64,000 nt of DNA from an uncultured Candidatus Saccharibacteria bacterium. GTDB lineage: Bacteria > Patescibacteriota > UBA1384 > XYA2-FULL-43-10 > 1-14-0-10-43-13. Below the pieces are notes generated by a model, which worked only from the letters and a program-made list of their open reading frames with translations, was not told where the DNA came from and ran no database searches. The stretch spans positions 6,808 to 70,807 of the forward strand of contig CAYILA010000001.1 of assembly GCA_964364265.1 (NCBI GenBank), given 5' to 3'. This document shows, piece after piece, positions 58,547 through 64,000 of the stretch (within the stretch, counting starts at the first letter, position 1; each line of letters starts with the position of its first letter). A program made the position numbers and the translations under genes.

Positions 58547-59851
58547 ATGAATCTAATCTACAATCCTACAAAACGAGATAAGTTTTCCTTTTTTAAGAAA
58601 AGGCCTGTCAAAATCGCCTTTTCACTTTTATTTTTTATTCTGATAGTGGTAATTTCCTTCATCGCCTATATCTACGCTCAAGGGGTAAGGGTATTTGACG
58701 GTAATTTTCTTTTTAATTCGACCGCCACTCTTAAAGGTCAGGAGAATGATCGGATAAATATAGCCCTGATGGGAATCGGCGGAACCAACCATCCCGGCGG
58801 TCAATTGACCGATTCGATGATGGTTTTAAGCATCCGACCGAGCGACGGGTCATTGGCAATGATTTCGATTCCTCGGGATTTATATGTTTTTGTACCAGAT
58901 CACAAAACGAAAACCAAGATCAACGAGGTTTATTCGATCGGGGAAAAAGATAAAAAGGGCGGGGGACCCGAATTGGTAAAAAAGACGCTCAAAGAAGTAC
59001 TTGGTTTAGATATTAATTATTATGTAACCCTTGATTTTGCCGGATTCGAAAAATTTATCGATCAGATCGGGGGAGTCGATGTGGTTGTTGAAAAAGCAAT
59101 CAATGATTCTTCATATCCGGATGTGAATATGCAGGGGTACGATCCATTTTCTATCAAGGCCGGAAACCAACGCTTAGACGGGAAGACGGCTTTGAAATAT
59201 GCAAGGTCAAGACATGGGTCGGCTGGCGGAGATTTTGACCGCGCAGCCAGGCAACAACAGATAGTTGTGGCTGTCAGAGACAAATTATTAAAAAATGGAT
59301 TATGGGCAAACCCGATTAAAATTGCGGAACTAGCAACAACGATAGGTGATCATTTGCGTACCGATGTTTCGCCAGTCGAGATAAAAGTATTTGCCGGTTT
59401 ATTTAAAAACATTGACAGAGCCAAGATTCATTCAAAGGTTTTATCTGATGAAGCCGGCGGAGTTTTGTATTCTGATTCAAGCTCCGGAACCTACCATTTA
59501 GTGCCAAAAGGCGGGAATTACAATGCAATTCAATCGATCGCAAAAAATATTTTTGAAGCAAATAGTGAAATAGAAAATGTAAAAATTGAGATTCAAAATG
59601 CCAGTGGCAAATCATCTAAATTGACAGAAGTATCTTCTTCGTTGAAATCTTTGGGATATAATGTTGTTGCCGCGTCCAATCTAAAAACAGTCCAGAAAGC
59701 AAGTGCGATTTATGACTATTCAAGCAATAAATATCCCCAAACTCTTGAATATTTGAAAAAGGAATTTAGCTCTAGTGTCGCTGATAAAAAGTCCACAGAA
59801 TTTCAAAATTCTGATATTGTAGTAGTGATCGGCCAGAATTACTCAAATTAA
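58547..59851 (+). CDS. LCP family protein with a LytR C-terminal domain
   Basis: TDSMM, SIPRD, ALKYARSR, DFDRAARQQ; NASG..DIVVVIG. Confidence 0.92.
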   Translation: MNLIYNPTKRDKFSFFKKRPVKIAFSLLFFILIVVISFIAYIYAQGVRVFDGNFLFNSTATLKGQENDRINIALMGIGGTNHPGGQLTDSMMVLSIRPSDGSLAMISIPRDLYVFVPDHKTKTKINEVYSIGEKDKKGGGPELVKKTLKEVLGLDINYYVTLDFAGFEKFIDQIGGVDVVVEKAINDSSYPDVNMQGYDPFSIKAGNQRLDGKTALKYARSRHGSAGGDFDRAARQQQIVVAVRDKLLKNGLWANPIKIAELATTIGDHLRTDVSPVEIKVFAGLFKNIDRAKIHSKVLSDEAGGVLYSDSSSGTYHLVPKGGNYNAIQSIAKNIFEANSEIENVKIEIQNASGKSSKLTEVSSSLKSLGYNVVAASNLKTVQKASAIYDYSSNKYPQTLEYLKKEFSSSVADKKSTEFQNSDIVVVIGQNYSN

Positions 59852-59865
59852 TATTTTGAAATTAT

Positions 59866-60429
59866 ATGGCATTTTTATACCATAAGTTTACCCGCAAAGC
59901 GCTGCTCTCTCTTATCCTTGCTTTAGGCGTTGTTTCATTTTGGCTTTTAACTCCATATTTAATTTCTTGTCTTATGGTTACTATTGCAGGCGTTCTTGGT
60001 ATTTTTTTTATCTGGTATGAAATCGCCCCAATTTATCTTTTGATTTTTTTGTCCTTCACTTCAGCTTACGCATTTTATGGCTTATTTTTCCAGTACAATT
60101 TACCGACGATTCTGATAATGATTTCAATTCTGGTAATTTTCGGTTATATTTTTACCTATATGGAGCAGAGAACCGGGATTTTAGGAAATCGGCGCCTTAT
60201 TTATCTTCTGCTATTTTCAATAATTGTTCTGGAAGTTTTCTTGGCCTTGAGCTATTTTCTAATCAATCCCCTTAACCAGAGTTTAGTCATAGCCGCAGTC
60301 TGCTATATATTTTCCGGTTTTTGTTTCTCCGTTTTGGCAAAACAAGATGATTCGGATATTCGGACATATCTCGGTATCGGTTTTTCGACGATCTTTGTAA
60401 TCTTGCTTTCTTCCAGTTGGAGTGTATAG
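59866..60429 (+). CDS. Hypothetical polytopic membrane protein
   Basis: Multiple hydrophobic helices. Confidence 0.65.
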   Translation: MAFLYHKFTRKALLSLILALGVVSFWLLTPYLISCLMVTIAGVLGIFFIWYEIAPIYLLIFLSFTSAYAFYGLFFQYNLPTILIMISILVIFGYIFTYMEQRTGILGNRRLIYLLLFSIIVLEVFLALSYFLINPLNQSLVIAAVCYIFSGFCFSVLAKQDDSDIRTYLGIGFSTIFVILLSSSWSV

Positions 60430-60470
60430 TAATATATAATTGGCAATCAATAACTTATTAAGGAATTAAA

Positions 60471-61490
60471 ATGAAGGAAAAGGTCAGGGCGAGCATAAAA
60501 ACAGTCGGCGATTTCTTGAGCAGAATATTTTTTCATATCAGGGTAAGGATTTTGAAAAAAAGAGGCGGGGAGATCGATATTATAATCGATCCGAATAAAG
60601 TACCGATATCGAAAAGAATCTTTACCGGTCTTTTTTATCTCATATTGCTGGTCGGTTTGATTGAGACCGTCATCGCAGTAATGATCTATGGATTCCAGCG
60701 AGAAGACAAGGCGACAAAGGCGGTTGCAGATGTGGTTCCTTATCCGACCGCCGTCACTTCCTTCGGTTTTGTCTCTTACGGCGATTATTTATCGGAAAAG
60801 GCCTACATCCATCATTTCTACGATTCAACCCAGCAGAAAGATGTTGCATACGAAGAAATCGATAAGCAAATCCTGGATCAATTGATCGAAAACCGCCTTA
60901 TCTCTTACGAAGCGTTCCGATATGGAGTAAAGGTTAAAAAAGACGAGGTCAATCAAACCTTTTCTGCGATTTCGGATCAAAATGGCGGCGACGAAAAGGT
61001 CGGGAAAGTACTTGAAGACCTATACGGTCTCAATATCAAATCATTCAAAAAGTTAGTCAAGGAGCAACTCCTTCGGGATAAGATTAACAACGAATTGATT
61101 GCCAGAGTTACGGCAAAACACATCTTGGCAAGAGTCGACAAAAGCGCTCCTCAAGATCAAGTCGATGCGGCTAAAACAAAAATTGATGCCATTTTGGCCG
61201 AGGTTAGGGGAGGCGCCGATTTTACCGAGACGGCAAAATCAAAATCCGAAGATATCGGCAGTGCCGAACAGGGCGGGGAACTGGAACCGTTTGCCAAGGG
61301 CGAGATGGTTGAACCTTTCTCTGAAGTCGCTTTTTCGACATCGGCCGGACAAATTTCCGACCCTGTTAGAACTGATTTCGGTTGGCATATCATTAAAGTC
61401 GAATCAAGAACCGGTAAGATTGAGATGACATTTACGGACTGGCTGGATAGTTTAAAGAAAAACGGATTGATTTGGAAATTAATAAAATGA
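60471..61490 (+). CDS. PrsA/SurA-like parvulin peptidylprolyl isomerase
   Basis: AKHIL, SED.GSA..GGEL, PF..VAF, FGWHIIKV. Confidence 0.9.
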   Translation: MKEKVRASIKTVGDFLSRIFFHIRVRILKKRGGEIDIIIDPNKVPISKRIFTGLFYLILLVGLIETVIAVMIYGFQREDKATKAVADVVPYPTAVTSFGFVSYGDYLSEKAYIHHFYDSTQQKDVAYEEIDKQILDQLIENRLISYEAFRYGVKVKKDEVNQTFSAISDQNGGDEKVGKVLEDLYGLNIKSFKKLVKEQLLRDKINNELIARVTAKHILARVDKSAPQDQVDAAKTKIDAILAEVRGGADFTETAKSKSEDIGSAEQGGELEPFAKGEMVEPFSEVAFSTSAGQISDPVRTDFGWHIIKVESRTGKIEMTFTDWLDSLKKNGLIWKLIK

Positions 61491-61619
61491 TCCAAAACAA
61501 AAAGTTAATTATTACCTTAGCGGCATTAGTTTCGATCGGTTTTGCCATTTACGGTATCTGGCTGGCTCAAAAATCAAATAATTCAATTCCTAATCGCCAG
61601 ACAGAAGAAATCAGGTAGA

Positions 61620-62555
61620 ATGAACTATCAAAATATATTAAAGAAATCTTTCAGTATCATTTGGAAAAACCGCTTTATGTGGCTGCTGGGTTTTTTGGCC
61701 GGAGGATCATTTTATCAGGGCGGCAATTATTCATTTAATGACTCTGATTTTGAAAAATTAAAAGATTGGAAAAATTTGCCCGATTCCAACAATGTGGCGG
61801 AGGCGTCGGTCAAAAGCGCCGAGAAAGTGTTGGGCGATTCGGTTTCGTCGGCGATGAGCAGTACCGCCTTTTGGGTGATTTTGTTTTTCCTTATTATCAT
61901 AATAATAATTTTCATTTATCTTCACTTTACGGCTAGGGGCGCGATTATCAAATCAGCCGAACAGTTAGATGCTGGAAAAAGCCTGGGTCTGAAAAATGCT
62001 TGGGCTTTCGGGCGACAGTATTTCTGGCGGGTATTTATTTTTTCGTTGGTTATGGCCGGAATCATACTCTTGGGATTATTAATTGCGGCCACCCCAATTG
62101 TTCTTCTGGCCATATTCGAACAAACTCTCGCGGCGATTATTTTTGGAATTATATTTTTCTTGGTCTTCCTGGTCTATCTTATTTACCTTTCGCTTGTTTC
62201 GACCTATGCCGAGAGGATATTGATTTTGGAAAATAAGAGAGCGATTGAATCGATAAAATTGGGAATCAAATTTTTCAACAAGAGTTGGAAGACTATTGCG
62301 GTCGTCTATTTGATTGTGATGGCAATATCATTAATCGCGGCCATGGTTGTAATCATCGCCATTATCGTTCCAATTCTGTTTCTAACCGGAATCGGCGCCT
62401 TATTCTACCTAATCAGCTCTGGTCTGACTTTCATATACGCCACAATCGCCATTTTGGCGCTTGTGGTATTATTTTGCACTCTGATGGGCATGCTCAATGC
62501 TTATATTTCAACGGTTTACACGCTTACTTACAATGAACTAAAAAGCTCGGACTGA
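61620..62555 (+). CDS. Hypothetical polytopic membrane protein
   Basis: MNYQNILKKSF start; several TM helices. Confidence 0.65.
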   Translation: MNYQNILKKSFSIIWKNRFMWLLGFLAGGSFYQGGNYSFNDSDFEKLKDWKNLPDSNNVAEASVKSAEKVLGDSVSSAMSSTAFWVILFFLIIIIIIFIYLHFTARGAIIKSAEQLDAGKSLGLKNAWAFGRQYFWRVFIFSLVMAGIILLGLLIAATPIVLLAIFEQTLAAIIFGIIFFLVFLVYLIYLSLVSTYAERILILENKRAIESIKLGIKFFNKSWKTIAVVYLIVMAISLIAAMVVIIAIIVPILFLTGIGALFYLISSGLTFIYATIAILALVVLFCTLMGMLNAYISTVYTLTYNELKSSD

Positions 62556-62616
62556 TTAAGAAAAAAATAAAGACAATAATACCGGAATTACAATATTGCC
62601 GTAAAATATCCAATTC

Positions 62617-62657
62617 AAAAAACCGTCTGTCCATATTTAACGGACAAACGGTTTTTT
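62617..62657. terminator. Bidirectional intrinsic terminator
   Basis: AAAAAACCGTCTGTCC...GGACAAACGGTTTTTT. Confidence 0.7.
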
Positions 62658-62732
62658 ATAGCGGAAGCGATTCGCCGTGGCGACCGTTCTAACCAAACAT
62701 AAAAACAGGCAAGGACAAACAATCCGACTGAC

Positions 62733-62809
62733 TGGCGGGAGCGACCGGACTCGAACCGGCGACCTCCACAGTGACAGTGTGGCGTTCTAACCAACTGAAC
62801 TACGCCCCC
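62733..62809 (-). tRNA. tRNA-Asp (GTC)
   Basis: GGGGGCG...CCACA-CTGTCAC-TGTGG...CGCTCCC-G-CCA. Confidence 0.95.
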
Positions 62810-63065
62810 GTTCTGAATCAGTCGGATTGCCGAGGATTCGTTTCAATTCCTCTCTTCCCTTACCTGTTTTGAAATACATTTCTCGCCGTACGGCCTCCGG
62901 TCGAGTTTCAAATCTCTCTGAATATACTAACTTGAATGGTTTTGTAAGTCGTGTGTATTTACTTTGACCGAAATTATGTTCACAGATACGCTTGTCAAGA
63001 TTACCGGTTGAGCCAGTGTAAAACCTTTGATTGACCTCGCTTTGTAAGACATATACATAATGCAT
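62787..63065 (-). CDS. Small GIY-YIG nuclease whose stop codon lies in the tRNA-Asp D arm
   Basis: YVYVLQS...FYTGST.NL.KR..EHN.G...YT....P..LVYSE...A..RE.YFKTGKGRE. Confidence 0.92.
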   Translation of the reverse strand: MHYVYVLQSEVNQRFYTGSTGNLDKRICEHNFGQSKYTRLTKPFKLVYSERFETRPEAVRREMYFKTGKGREELKRILGNPTDSERGRSSVG

Positions 63066-63123
63066 GGCGACCTGTCGCCGCGGCGACCGTTCTAACCAAC
63101 TGAACTACGCCCCCGCGCTTTGT

Positions 63124-63153
63124 TATAGTAACATTTTTTGAATCTTAAATCAA
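63124..63153 (-). promoter_or_regulatory. Sigma70 promoter driving the pseudo-tRNA, GIY-YIG and tRNA-Asp unit
   Basis: TTGATT-17 nt-TACTAT with extended TG on the minus strand. Confidence 0.6.
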
Positions 63154-64000
63154 GCTATGTACGATTGCAGGGTTAATGTTACCTTTTTTGTCTGGGTGTT
63201 GCCAAGCTGTTGAAACATGATCTTAATGATTTTCTCTCTCGGTGTTAATTTGTTCATGCCGTATCCGGTATGCCTTCTCTTGTTGTTGTAGTATTGAAGC
63301 CAAAGCTGTAGTTTGTACTCTAATGTCTCCATATCATCTTGGAAGGAGCACTGGCCGTAGAAGAACCTGGTCTTGAGTGTCCGGTGATACCGCTCGATCT
63401 TGCCGTTCTGGGTCGGAGCATACGGATCATTCTCAATTAGTTCTAACCCACGGTTCTCACAATACCACTTGAGTAACTTTCCGTATCTGTTGTCTACTCT
63501 GATCCGTCTGATTGGGAAGGGCGATCGTTCCAAGATGTAGTTAATTAGTTTGATGGCATTCTTGGCATTGTCTTTGTCGCACATCATACCGAATACATAT
63601 CTGGAACAGTCATCGATAGCGGAGAAACAGACAATGTCTCTGCTTCGGCCAAAGGGGTAAGAAGCATCAAGCTGAAGCTCCTGGCCGGGGTAGTCAAGAC
63701 AGTAGAGTGTCGGTTCTTTCTTTGGGATCGGGGTGTAATCCAGGTTGTATCTGATATGTTTCCGTTTCAGGATGCGCCAGATGGTAGTCGGATCAAGGGC
63801 GATGGAATGATCATCGAAGAGTTTGTCGGCCAGCTCGATTGGTCCCATGAAGGGATTAAACATGGCCGTATCGCAGACGATCTCCTCGATCCACTCCGGT
63901 GTTCGGTTCCTTGGCGGTGAACCTACTTTGGAACCTGGCTTAACCGGAATCAGGGCTTGGATGCCGGACTCTTTGTACCGGCTACGCAACCGGCTGAAGG
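63150..64000 (-). mobile_element. IS481-family DDE transposase (5' end beyond the window)
   Basis: TIWRILKR HTH; PGQELQLD, AIDDCSR, VDN, NGKIERYHRT, YYN..R.H; TGT terminus at 63158. Confidence 0.85.

Larger units (their letters stand above)
62672..63115 (-). mobile_element. tRNA-Asp-associated GIY-YIG cassette with direct repeats
   Basis: 25-bp direct repeats at 62672-62696 and 63075-63099 (24/25 identical); 28-bp duplication of the tRNA 5' end at 62783-62810 and 63088-63115. Confidence 0.7.

Overview
Gene-dense, AT-rich bacterial chromosome segment. The gene content (few biosynthetic genes, split comEC, short DnaJ/TsaB, tRNA-Arg(TCG), DUF5674) suggests Patescibacteria/CPR; this is inference. 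Core genes include tilS, ftsH, murJ, nfo, lepA, grpE-dnaK-dnaJ, comEC, yebC-ruvC...ruvAB, rny, ymdB, HU and tsaE/tsaB, along with glycosylation and surface proteins, 14 intact tRNAs and a 6S-like RNA candidate. Accessory DNA includes a small restriction-modification island next to tRNA-Lys, two ~95-aa GIY-YIG genes, an IS481-family element at the right edge and many palindromic or heptamer repeats. The most striking signal is one architecture at three tRNA loci: promoter, then a hairpin-interrupted tRNA copy, then an intact tRNA of the same amino acid. (1) A complete tRNA-Gly(CCC) sits inside the anticodon loop of another tRNA-Gly (39582-39777). (2) A GIY-YIG gene starts inside a pseudo-tRNA-Asp and stops inside the intact tRNA-Asp, with 25-bp direct repeats near both ends of the unit (62672-63115). 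(3) Two hairpin-interrupted 5' copies precede tRNA-Lys(TTT) (17835-18041). Together these suggest a tRNA-targeting, GIY-YIG/palindrome-associated element that carries its own replacement tRNA. Product calls come from motif recognition by eye, not database searches.
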